A stretch of DNA of 64,000 nt, from NCBI GenBank assembly GCA_020137815.1, contig CM035360.1, forward strand, positions 1,860,001 through 1,924,000, in the 5' to 3' direction. This DNA is from Hormiphora californensis (Eukaryota > Animalia > Ctenophora). This document shows, in pieces, positions 39,321 through 50,597 of the stretch; position 1 is the stretch's first letter, and every line of letters begins with the position of its first letter. The position numbers and the translations under genes are program-made. The notes under the pieces were generated by a model, which saw only the letters and a program-made list of their open reading frames with translations, was not told the origin of the DNA and searched no databases.

Positions 39321-40280
39321 ATTTCTTTGATGAAGCAAGATTTCTTAGATCAAACAGATTTCGGGCGCCGTTACGATCTGGGTGTTTGGAGGCCTGTTTA
39401 CAGGTGCGTGCTGCCAAAAAAGTTGATTCACTAAAATGGCTCTAACCTCCAAACCACTCAACCGTTTTGGCTGATTCAAAGTTTATCTGGTAGGGAATGT
39501 CAAGGCCTAACCCCAACCCAAACCCTAACCCTACTTTAGCCCTAACCCTAAAAAACTGTTTGTCAGCACTCCCAAAACACCCAGATTTTAACGCTGGCCA
39601 CAGATTTCAGGTCCAAGAACGCTCTGTGAAACAGAGTTTGTGCTCAGTGTGCTCTCTCTTTGGCAGCTTTTTCTCGGAGGCCTCGAAAATGTTCAGGGGA
39701 TCCAAATCCAGGTCACGCCTACCAATCACAGCTCAGAACAGCTCTTGTAATCCGCCTGTTCTGAGCTGTGATTGGTGGTCGTCACCTGAACATTTTCGTG
39801 GCCCCTCATGGAAAGTGATGCCAGTTTGGGTTATCGTCTCAGATTGTGTGTTCTGAGGATCAGGTGGTCAAAGATCGCTTATAAAAAGTTAAAAAACTAA
39901 TATTAATAAGTTGTGTTTTGAAGTTTCTCCGGTTGTTGCGAGCAAAATTTTCTTGAGTTCATAAAGACAATGTAATCCACTTGAGAAAGTGATAGTTAGA
40001 GAGTGCGTTGGCACCATTTTTTCTACTATTTATTCACTATTGAGTGGTATATTAAATGCATAAATTACATTTACATTTAAAACGGCTTACAGCCCCTAGC
40101 CTCAGTTTGCGAGTGCTCTGCCCCGTACACCCCTGGACCCTTTTGTGAAAGACCTTGTACGAACTTGGGCTCCCCCTGTCAATAGCTGCACACAGCATCC
40201 CTCCTCTGCCCGGTAGTGGGTACGCCCCGGCATAACCATTTTCCATTTTCAAGGTACCACCATCATGTAATACCTCAGTG

Positions 40281-41162
40281 ATGAGTAAATCCAGCCACCT
40301 CCGGTACTTGGGAAGCTTTGTCAGGAAACCGGAGCCACAAATTACCGTTACCAACCTTCAGCCTCACATTGATTATGTCAGCCCTGCCCACAGGCTTTCT
40401 AACATAAGGCAGATCAGGTAAATCAACAAATATCAGCACATATTAAGTTTTCGATTTAGTCGTTTTGTGTAAACTTGTATTTTATCATGAGGAATAATTT
40501 TGCCTTGTTCGACCCTCTCAGCTCTCTCCCCGCACCACGGAGGGTTAGAACATAACAATTATAATTATTGCAATAACCCCTCCTCAGGTATGGCAAGAAG
40601 AAAGATGAAACAGCAGCTGAGAGGACTCTCCGGTTGTATGCTACGGAACTGCACGAGTGGAATCATCGATATTGGGAACAACAAAATCAACAATACATCA
40701 ACCTGAAACAACAGCTTCTTACCGAGGTACACGCACTGGGGGAATGGCCACCTTTGTGCTTGTCAACGCAGTTTAATATTCTATCAATTACGTATCGGCT
40801 AAAACTCAAAGAAGTTGTAACTTGTAACTGCGTTGTGGCGTCGGGTGCGAAGTTTACTGACCACAAGACACAACGCCACTTTGATCCTTTGACATTATAG
40901 CTGCACATTTTGGGCCCTTAATTTTATGTTTTATTTAACACCCTGTATATTTCAGATTGACGGGATTGATGGTGAGGAAGAGGTTGAGAGGATTATGGGG
41001 GAATTTTACCGATCCTACCTGCTTAGCAACAAAGATAATTTTAACAGTTACACCGCTCAGTGGAGGAAATACAACCTCCGTTTAGTGTTCCTGTCTGCCC
41101 GAGCACAAGGATCGCGTGTTGTTAGGACTGTTAGAAACTCAGTTAGTCGATCTAAATCTTGA
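40281..41162 (+). CDS. COA8: Cytochrome c oxidase assembly factor 8 (APOPT1), 3 exons: 40281-40417, 40588-40726, 40956-41162
   Basis: Phase-consistent GT-AG exons encoding DYVSPAHRLSNIRQI, ELHEWNHRYWEQQN and MGEFYRSYLLSNKDNFNSY, matching the APOPT1 family pattern. Confidence 0.82.
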
Positions 41163-41324
41163 GAAAACAGTTACTAGATCTATATAATTACTACAAGTGT
41201 ATTTGCTGTGTCCTTTTTTACTGTTTTTGTTAGTTTTTAATCAAGATTATACATTATCGACTTTTTGATGTTTTATTGTTACCACAAAGATTATACCCGC
41301 CCCTCTACTCAATACCAGCAATGA

Positions 41325-44300
41325 ATGATAATTGCTAGAGCCCTCACCAACACCCGATTCCTGATTAGAGCTATGTCGACCGAGGACGCTGTTGTTACCG
41401 ATCAAATGGCCGCTGTCACGTGAGTGTATAGTGTGTTAGATAGTGTGTTAGATAGTGTGTTAGATAGTGTGTTAGATAGTGTGTTAGATAGCGTGTTAGA
41501 TAGTGTGTTAGATAGTGTGTTAGATAGTGTGTTAGATAGTGTGTTAGATAGTGTGTTAGATAGCATGTTAGATAGTGTGTTAGATAGTGTGTTAGATAGT
41601 GTGTTAGATAGTGTGTTAGATAGCGTGTTAGATAGTGTATTAGATAAGTAGTGTGTTAGATAGTGTGTTAGATTTGGTATTAGATACTACCTGTGTTAGA
41701 TAGAATAGACATTACATTCCGTAATAATTCAACTAATCAGCCCCTTCTGCAGGATTGAAGAGACTCCAAAAGAAGGAGGAAAGAAGGGTAAGGGAGGTAA
41801 AAACAACAAAAAGAAAGGTGGTGGTGGTGGAGGGGGTGGTGGTGCTGGACCCTTAGAACTGTCTCCCTGGCCCTCCTATATCCAAGAGAGAATTGACCTG
41901 TTTGATAAACTGTATGGTCAATATGATGAATTCCTGAAATCAGCTGAGAGGAAGCCTATCAAGGTACTAGTTTTTAAGGTCTATACACATGTTTCATGAT
42001 GCCCCACGAGGAGGCACCAATCATCAGTAGAATATCTATATCCAGATTACAGATTGCCTTGTCTTGCTCGACCCTGTTTGAACAAAACAACAGATACCAC
42101 CCTCCCACAAACAGTGTTTTGTCGGGGCTGTTGGTATTTACTGACTGTGTACTGTGTGTTTAGTGTTTACTGAGTGTGTGTTTAGCGTTTACTGATAGAG
42201 TGTGTGTACATGTTTTTGTGTTTCCTGGTAGACGTGTTGTTGAGTCTGATACTTGCTTTTTTCCAAACCCTTTTTCATTGGTGTGTGGTGAAAGGAAAGT
42301 CTGATACATTTGATGGAAGAGACGGTTTTCTTTCCGTTGTGAAACCTCAAATCATCTTTCACGGTGCATGCTACACACAAACTCACACACAAACATACAC
42401 ATTGCAACAGTTGGGCGTGTCACGTATTGCAACACACATTGTTATTGGACCCGGAAATAAACTAAAACACCGTGAGGCCTTTGTTTTGAGCTTTGTTTTT
42501 TACTAAAGCATGGGAAGATGTTTATTTATCCGAGCCATTTTCTCTCGCATAATATCATCTGACACTCCCCCCTCATCCAATGTCACATGGAAAACAATTG
42601 TATTAGTTTAGGCTCATTGTCCCCCAGCCCCCTTCATGTCATCACTCATGTCTCATCCCCACTAAGATCACACATATAATCCACCCACTTTCACGTCTCA
42701 TGTCAACCCCTCTGGCCTCTTCGAGACTAATGATCCCTCTTCCACAGGTGACGCTGCCCGATGGTAAAATTGTTGAGGGTGAAAGTTGGACTACCACCCC
42801 TTACGATGTCGCCAATGGAATTAGCTCTGGTCTCGCCAACAACAGTGTCATCAGCAAGGTAACATGATAACTAGGTGAGGTTACCATTGGTTACCCTTGG
42901 ACTGTTACATGGTTACCCTTTTATTGTAAAATTTTTCTGAAGAAACATCCCAAAAACAGCCTCAATCTTTGTCTTGAGAAGGGGGTGACCTCATCCACCC
43001 TTTCTCTGCTGCTGCAGCGGTCCGAACAGGCCATGATCCCCGCCCCTTGGCCCCTCTATTCCGTCCCTCTATTGCACGTTTTATTTACCCGCGCGCATAA
43101 AAAGCTAAGTTTTCAGCACTGTGGTTGCGCGGCGCATTCACACGCTCTACCCTCCTCTCTCACGGCCCGCTCCTATCCGCAACGTCACCTCTGCAGAACA
43201 AGTGCAACAGCTTCACATGAGGTTATCAGCTGAAACTACTGCTCATTTGTTCCTGATTGGTGCTTTATCTGACCGGATGCAATGAAGGTCGACAAATTAG
43301 TGTGATCTGGTCGATCTACCGAACCCTCACAGAACACGTGTTGTGAGCCACACAACGATCTAATCGCTAGTTTACCGACTGTTAAAAACACCAATATTTC
43401 AGGTTAATGGAACCTTGTGGGATCTTGATCGACCCCTGGAGGGAGATTGCAGTATTGAACTACTAAACTTTGACTCTCAAGAGGGCAAGGAAGTATTTTG
43501 GCACTCCACTGCTCACGTTCTCGGTTAGTAATTTTAACCTCTCAGATAGTTCTCTTTTCTCTAACTTCCAAGTTCCCCCTGGGCTTAGTTGGTTATTGGT
43601 CCCCCTTACACTAAAACCACCATTATATGCCTCTAAATCTCTAACTACTACCCCTCTCAGGCGAGGCGATGGAACGGAAATACGGTGGTTGCTTGTGTTA
43701 CGGGCCTCCAATTGACGGTGGGTTCTACTATGACATCAGCATGGAACAGTCAGTCTGTGAGGGGGACTACGCAGGACTTGAGACGATAATGAAAAATATT
43801 GTCAAGGAGAAACAGCCCTTCCAGCGTCTTGTAATGACTAAGGTGCGTGTTGTTCTTTTTCAATTCACCCTCTCCATTCATTTCAAAATAAAAATAAATT
43901 CAAATTCCCTCTTCGTCTCCTTCAAAAACATTCCGTTAAAAAGTAAGGATCACCACGGCTCCGTCTTCACCCCCCCCCCTATTACAGGAAGACCTTATGG
44001 AAATGTTCACCCCCCCCCTCCCCATCTATTACAGGAAGACCTTCTGGAAATGTTCACCCCCCCCCCTATTACAGGAAGACCTTCTGGAAATGTTCACCCC
44101 CCTCCCCATCTATTACAGGAAGACCTACTGGAAATGTTCACCCCCCCCCCCCTATTACAGGAAGACCTTCTGGAAATGTTCACCCCACCCCCCTCTATTA
44201 CAGGAAGACCTACTGGAGATGTTCAAGTACAACGAGTTTAAAGTACGAATCATAAACAACAAGATCACTACCCCTACCACCACAGTCTACCGGTGTGGAC

Positions 44301-47300
44301 CTCTCATTGATTTGTGTAGGGGACCACATGTTAGGAACACGGGCAAGATCAAGGCTCTGAAGGTAAGGTCAGACAATTTCAAATTGAACCTCAAGCTTGT
44401 TACAAAGATGCAAGGAGTACAAAGTAACAACACCCCCGTTCCCTTGGTAACGAAGTAACCCCGCCCTTGTCAGCGCTTTCGAGTTTATTTCGTAACATCC
44501 CCGTTCCCTTGGTAACGAAGTTACCTCGCCCTTGTCAGCACGCGAAGGTTTCTGGAGGGGTTATTTCGTAACATCCCCGTTCGCCAGGTAACCAAGAACT
44601 CCGCCACATATTGGGAGGGCAACTGTGAGGCTGAATCTCTTCAACGAGTCTACGGAGTATCCTTCCCTGATAACAAACAGATGAAGGAATGGAAAGTGTT
44701 CCAGGAAGAGGCTGCCAAACGAGATCACAGGAAAATCGGTATGTGACAAAATTCCCTCCGAAAGCCCCTAAACCCCAAACTATTTCCCCTTGCAGAGCTC
44801 TGGACCTCTGCAGAGATCTCTCTCATGACCCATCCCCTCCCCTCTCCATTGCCCCATTCCTAGATCTTGTCTCTCCATTCTATAATTTCCCATCCGTTCC
44901 CCAGGTCTCTGACCTCTCTTGTCTCTCCCTTCTATAATTTCCCATCCGTTCCCCAGGTCTCCAACAGGAGCTCTTCTTTTTCAACGAGTTGAGCGCCGGA
45001 TCCTGTTTCTGGTTGCCAAAGGGTACAATTATTTTCAACACCCTGCAAAAATGGATCCAAGGAGAATACCACAAACGAGGGTTTACAGAAGTGATAACTC
45101 CCAACATATATAACACAAAGTTATGGGAGAGGTCTGGCCATTGGGAGGTAAATAGTTGTAGGCTACCAATTAATTAGTTAATTAATTGGTTAATTAATAA
45201 TTACAATTGAGAAATGATAGAACAGTTTTACGAAATAATAAAAGGAAAACAACTTACAACCCCCAAATTTATCAAGTATGTAACAAACCTACCCCTGCAG
45301 CACTACGCAGAGAACTTGTTTAGTTTTGATGTTGAGAAGGAGAAGTATGCTCTCAAACCAATGAACTGTCCGGGCCATTGTATCTTGTTTGGACACAGAC
45401 CCAGGTCCTGGAGAGAGCTTCCTCTTCGACTAGCAGGTGAGAAATTGTCTTTTGTCTTACAAAATACTGCCCTTCCAGAACCAGCTGCCGTAAATTATGT
45501 AGCGTGTACGAAGAAACAGTCATGTAGTATGAAAACTTTCTCTGCCGTTATCAGAACATCTTCGAATCCCAATATATTCAAACTTCCTATCCCCCCAGAT
45601 TTCGGAGTTCTCCACCGTAACGAGTTATCCGGTGCCCTCAGTGGTCTGACCAGGGTCCGGAGGTTCCAACAGGATGATGCCCATATTTTCTGTGCCCCGG
45701 ATCAGATTGTTGATGAGATCAGGGGTTGCTTGGACTTCCTGCGCGCTGTGTACGGTGTTCTTGGGTACGTAACTAACTTTGAATATATCGTAATAATGAC
45801 ATCAGGAACCGACCGAATCAGGAAAGACTGGTCCCTGATTGGCTGATAACCAATCGATCACGTGACCTAAAAACGAATTGTGATTGGTTGTTTACTTGTG
45901 TCGGTCGGTTCCTGAATGACATACCACTGGAGAGAAACACAGCGTGTAATTTAGAACCGAGTTATTTCTTGTTGTCTCGTGAACAGTGGTAGAACCATAA
46001 TACGAGAACGGTAACACACCATTCGATATTACAGTTTCACCTACGATTTGAAGCTCTCCACCCGACCTGAAAAATACCTCGGTGAGATTGAAGTATGGAA
46101 CGATGCTGAGGCGAGGCTGAAACAGGCACTAGATGAGTTTGGGGAGGGCTGGGAAGTGAATCCCGGGGATGGAGCGTTCTACGGTCCCAAGATTGATATC
46201 ACTGTTAAAGATGCCTTGAGGAGGTCTCACCAGTGTGCTACCATTCAACTTGACTTCCAGTTGCCTATCAGGTAAATACACAACATATTTTGAAGTATTT
46301 AGAGACTAGCGGGTGGCCGAATTAGGCCGGTTTCGAGTCGGCGTTTAGGTCAAGATAGTACATTTAAAATGATATATATATTTCCAGGTTTAACCTCCTT
46401 TACAATGCCCCCGATGGAACTGAGAAGAGGCCCGTTATTGTGCACCGAGCGGTGTTGGGATCTATAGAGAGGATGACGGGAATACTGACTGAACACTTTG
46501 CAGGAAAGTGGCCCTTCTGGCTGTCACCCCGACAGGTAAACGAGAGGGGTAGTATTCTGAACAACTATAAAATTTAATTCTCGTGCAATAAAAAGAGGAT
46601 GAATGATTTGTTCATCCTCTTACATCATTTCACGTATAATGAACTCTCCGAAAAGTCGACATCTTGGTTATTCTGCACTAAACCACGTTACCACCTCCCG
46701 GCTAAATATCCTAACTCCTCCCCGTCCATTTCCAAAATCTATCCTCCTCCAAGATTTAACCCCCCTCAAGATTTGAACCCCACATCCCTCAGGTTATGAT
46801 TGTGCCAGTGATGCCCATGTTCAACGACTATGCCTGCCAGATCAGGGACAAGCTACACAACCAGAACATGGTGGTCGATACTGATCTTGATGACGGGTAG
46901 GTTCAATGGTGCCCCCCCCCCCCGGAGTCGAGTCACCCCACTTTTCCTTGGGTGCGGTGCCTAATGGTAGGTTTGGGCACATCCCCCACTTTTCCTTGTG
47001 TACAGTGCCCCTCTTCCCCGGCCCTGATTCTGATTCTCCCGCACTTTCCAGCGCATGCGTGAAAAGTGAGGGGGTATACCTTAAATGTGCATTACACTAT
47101 CTTTGAGTTGAAATGTTGAGAGCCCTCCCATAATCCACAACAACTATTCAGTAGCTACCTAATCAGGAACTGACCTAATAAGGAAATACTGGTCCCTGAT
47201 TGGCTGATAACCAGTCACGTGACCTAAATAACGAATTCTGATTGGTTGTTTACTTGTGTGGGTCGGTTCCTGTACCTAATACATCTCTTGTCAGCGCAGT

Positions 47301-47895
47301 GATAATACAAACACGTGTTTCAGGGCGACATTGAATAAGAAGGTGCGGAACGCTCAGTTGGCACAGTACAACTTCATCTTTGTTGTGGGAGAAAAGGAGC
47401 AGGGGTCAGGTAAAATAAACCCAATCCCCTCCCAACCCCCTTCTCTATCTCGCCCTTCACATTTCACCCTCCCCAGCCACGCTCCCCTTCTGAAATCTCT
47501 CCTCCCCCTTCGCTCCAGACCCTCTCCCCCCTCACCATTCGGGAATCTAGCTTCAAAGTAATATATTGAATATATTCAGTAAGCTAATAGTACTTCCGCC
47601 TCCCACACACACAGTTCTCAATGCGTTGCCCCTCTTTTGCCCCCTTTCACCTTGCTACCTTTCTCTCTCATTACACGTTTGCGTTTAGTATTGTGCAACT
47701 TTTAGCAATGAAATTGTAGGATTAACAATTGATATCTCTAAATAACAACAATTAATAGCTTTTATTATGTTTTCAGGAACGGTGAATGTGCGTACCAGGG
47801 ACAACGTGGTTCACGGAGAGTTCACGGTTGAAATCATCACGGAGAAGTTGGTGAAACTCCGGGATTGCAAGTCCAATCTTGACAACCTTGAGTAG
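41325..47895 (+). CDS. TARS1: Threonyl-tRNA synthetase (cytosolic type), 15 exons, with two in-frame ATGs (41325 and 41373)
   Basis: Exons 41325-41419, 41753-41963, 42748-42858, 43403-43523, 43661-43842, 44204-44362, 44588-44738, 44957-45147, 45301-45436, 45599-45764, 46035-46271, 46388-46535, 46793-46896, 47324-47409 and 47777-47895. Motifs [44 protein letters not shown] and HRAVLGS. Confidence 0.96.
41428..41704. repeat. 12-bp minisatellite (GATAGTGTGTTA)n filling ThrRS intron 1
   Basis: About 20 visible units. Confidence 0.95.
41980..42031 (-). ncRNA. Hammerhead ribozyme of the retrozyme family, antisense within ThrRS intron 2
   Basis: Reverse complement: tcta-CTGATGA-t-tggtgcctc-ctcgt-ggggcatca-t-GAAACATGTGTA-taga. 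Confidence 0.85.
43968..44225 (+). repeat. Six tandem copies of a 3' splice site plus exon start (Cn-TATTACAG|GAAGACCT..GGAAATGTTCA)
   Basis: Acceptor positions 43988, 44035, 44075, 44119, 44161 and 44204. Confidence 0.92.
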
Positions 47896-48187
47896 TAGTA
47901 GTGATGACGTAATAGCTTTTTAGTTTGTGACGTCATGATATCAACTGTGACGTCAGAGCCTTGTTTTCAGTAGTGTTTTCCGAAGTCGTAATGGAGTGGT
48001 AATGAAGAATTTTATTTGTCTTAAACCTTTTTTTTGAGCAAACCCACAGCATTTTTTATTCTGACTATAACCCCTACCCATGAACTTTACATCCTGATTA
48101 CAGAATTAATGATTCCAAAAGATCCCAATTTTTATACCGAATGTAAACCCCCTCATGCGCATGCTAACAAACCATACTTTTATAGCC

Positions 48188-48963
48188 ATGGTAGGTCGAT
48201 GGGCATTGCCCATCCTCCTGACAACTATGGTAGTGGATTGGGTTGCCGGGGCGTGCTCCGATAGTGGCTTCACTACCGGACTTGCTTGCTCCAACTGTGA
48301 GCAACTCGACAAGTTCAACCTTGGATTCCTCTCAGGCGAGGTAATGCTCCCCCCCCCCTTGTTGTGGGACAGCCTGCCAGTGGCAATGTTTATTTTGGAT
48401 GTTCCCAGCAAACATACCCGTGACTTCTGGCTTCTAATAAATATTATGTGTCCCAAAATTCGTTGTCAGGCACTGACTGTAACATCGCGAGGCTGCTAGA
48501 GAACAGTCTTATATGAGACAAAAAATTCGACCCATTTTTAAAATCCCTCTTCTTTTCAGTGTAACTCGTGCTGTGAGAAAGACAATGCGGAGGCAGCCTT
48601 GGTCAGGTTTTCCTCTGCTACACTAAAAGTATGCGGATGAAAATTAGGTCGCTTCCCTCAAATTAAGGTAAACCTGATGAATATTTCTCTGGATTGAATA
48701 TACAATTGAACTCTTGACCAGATAACTAAGATTTGGAGTTTATTATCTTTTTTACCTCTCCCCAGGCATTTGTAAATGATGAAAAGAAGAGTAAACAGTT
48801 CGAGAATCTAACTGTGGAGTATGCACGTGGTGCGATGCCCACTCTGATTCTAAAGGATGATAATGGTGATGTGCAGGAGACTCTGGCTATCGATAAATGG
48901 GATACTGATACCGTGAAGGAGTACCTTGGGACAGCATCTCAAGATGTAATCAGGGATATGTGA
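48188..48963 (+). CDS. SELENOF: Selenoprotein F (Sep15), exons 48188-48340, 48560-48667 and 48766-48963, with Sec TGA at 48638-48640
   Basis: Signal peptide, Cys-rich CSDSGF..LACSNC...CNSCC, LKVCG-U-KLGRFPQIKAFV and IDKWDTDTVKEYL. Confidence 0.93.
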
Positions 48964-49263
48964 GAGGATGTATTGGGACATTGTTAGAAGGAGAGAAAGC
49001 AGGACTGGGATTAGTAACAATCGGAGATAGAGTGTGGGACATTTTGATTGGGTAGCCGGTAGAGTTTTTTAGTTAGTTAATTTATTTTAGTTTTTAAGGG
49101 ATGTATGAAGGAGTGTAGGTGTTGTAATGACACATGGAAAATCGCAACTAATGTTTACTTTTGACTAAACACATATATATTTTGACAAACCAAATGCCTT
49201 TGAGGGAAGGCGACCAGGGGTCTGACCAACCCCGACCACTTTTCTGGCTTTCTGCCAGAAAAC

Positions 49264-49327
49264 CCAGTTGTATATGACGTGATGTAACTAAACTGTGACA
49301 CAGGGTTATGTTACTGATAGCAATTGG
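49264..49327 (+). promoter_or_regulatory. SECIS element (form II) in the SELENOF 3' UTR
   Basis: Helix I ccagttg/caattgg, ATGAc...tGAt quartet, 11-bp helix II gtgatgtaact/ggttatgttac, apical AAA and a ctg/cag mini-stem. Confidence 0.9.
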
Positions 49328-49436
49328 TTACACATAATAACACATTTGATTTATGTTTTTGATGATGAGAATTCAGAATTTACAAATTAAATTAACAACA
49401 CAGAGATAGCGTGTTTTCATTATTCCACAATTCGAA

Positions 49437-50597
49437 TTAGGTCCTCCAATTGACCTGTTGCTGGGCCTGTTGTGCCGCACCACTATTCTGGGTTGAAATG
49501 GTGGGATTCCGTCTCAACATCCAGAAGGGTTTAGGTTCCCAGGCAGAGAACGTTAGCTTGTATTTGGGGTTGCTGTAGGTTTGGAAGGATGCCCGGGTTA
49601 CTTGCTGCAGAACGGGAGAGTATATCTCGTGCCCTAATAATTCAGTCCAATGTTCCTCTGTCCCCATTTCTGTAGCATTCAGATAGGATTTGTAGTAATT
49701 CATCTTGAGGTAGTCGATCTTGCCCCTTAGCTCTGTCACATCCTCAATAGTAAGGTTGCTGGGATGCTTACTCAGCTCACTGAGAGCTAACCGGGGTAGC
49801 TGAACCAAATCCTTTCTCCTCTCATTCAGACTCCACACGTGGAGATTGTTTGAGTGGGCGACGGTGTTTAATCGCATGTCCTTCAGTTGGCAAGGTGAGG
49901 CGATCTGGGACCATCGGAGTCGGAGTTTCTTCCTCCTTGCCTCCCGGAGCTCATATGCGTCCTGGTTCCTCATTCCAACGGGAGGGTAGTCAGGTGGAAG
50001 GATTGGGGCCTGCTGGAAGGGGGAAGCAGGTCGTGATCTTGTATCTGGTGCTGTAGACTGGGTCTGAATAGGCTTCCCTCCCTTCACCGCCAAAATGTAC
50101 TGGTTCAGAATTGTGGGAATATTGATGAGTGTCTGTCGATATCTCCGCTGTAGTTCAGTTGGGGACTGAAGCGTTTTGGAATGGCCAACAACAAGCTTCA
50201 AGATCTTAGAGCAGAGTGCTTGGTTTGCTCTCTGTGCTGGTCCACTGTTGGAGTCCTCTCGACAGTTGTTGTACATGAGATATCGTTCCAGAGCAACCGC
50301 ATCCAGCAGTAATCGATCCAGATCTAATAACGATCGCTCTCCACCATTTTCTCCGGTAATGATGTTGTAGATGAGGGCTCCCACTAGGCCCTCTGTTAGA
50401 TGAATGCCCAGTATCCCCAGAACTTTGTTCATCGTGCCAGGGTTCACTGCCATGTTTTTCAGTGTCGAGGACAGGACAATGAATTCATTTTCCGTGAGGT
50501 TGAGTTCCTCGACCAGGTTCTTCAGGCCATCAGCATCATACTGGCATGTAAGGCCCTGGGGCCAGGTAAAGAAGCCCGTCCCTGTAGACTTGTTCAT
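49437..50597 (-). CDS. Orphan intronless 386-aa protein of unknown function
   Basis: Long non-repetitive ORF with a helical-looking sequence and a PPDY motif; no family recognised. Confidence 0.6.
   Translation of the reverse strand: MNKSTGTGFFTWPQGLTCQYDADGLKNLVEELNLTENEFIVLSSTLKNMAVNPGTMNKVLGILGIHLTEGLVGALIYNIITGENGGERSLLDLDRLLLDAVALERYLMYNNCREDSNSGPAQRANQALCSKILKLVVGHSKTLQSPTELQRRYRQTLINIPTILNQYILAVKGGKPIQTQSTAPDTRSRPASPFQQAPILPPDYPPVGMRNQDAYELREARRKKLRLRWSQIASPCQLKDMRLNTVAHSNNLHVWSLNERRKDLVQLPRLALSELSKHPSNLTIEDVTELRGKIDYLKMNYYKSYLNATEMGTEEHWTELLGHEIYSPVLQQVTRASFQTYSNPKYKLTFSAWEPKPFWMLRRNPTISTQNSGAAQQAQQQVNWRT

Noticed and set aside
41424-41651. ORF encoding (VLDS)n
   Set aside because: Translation of an intronic 12-bp minisatellite
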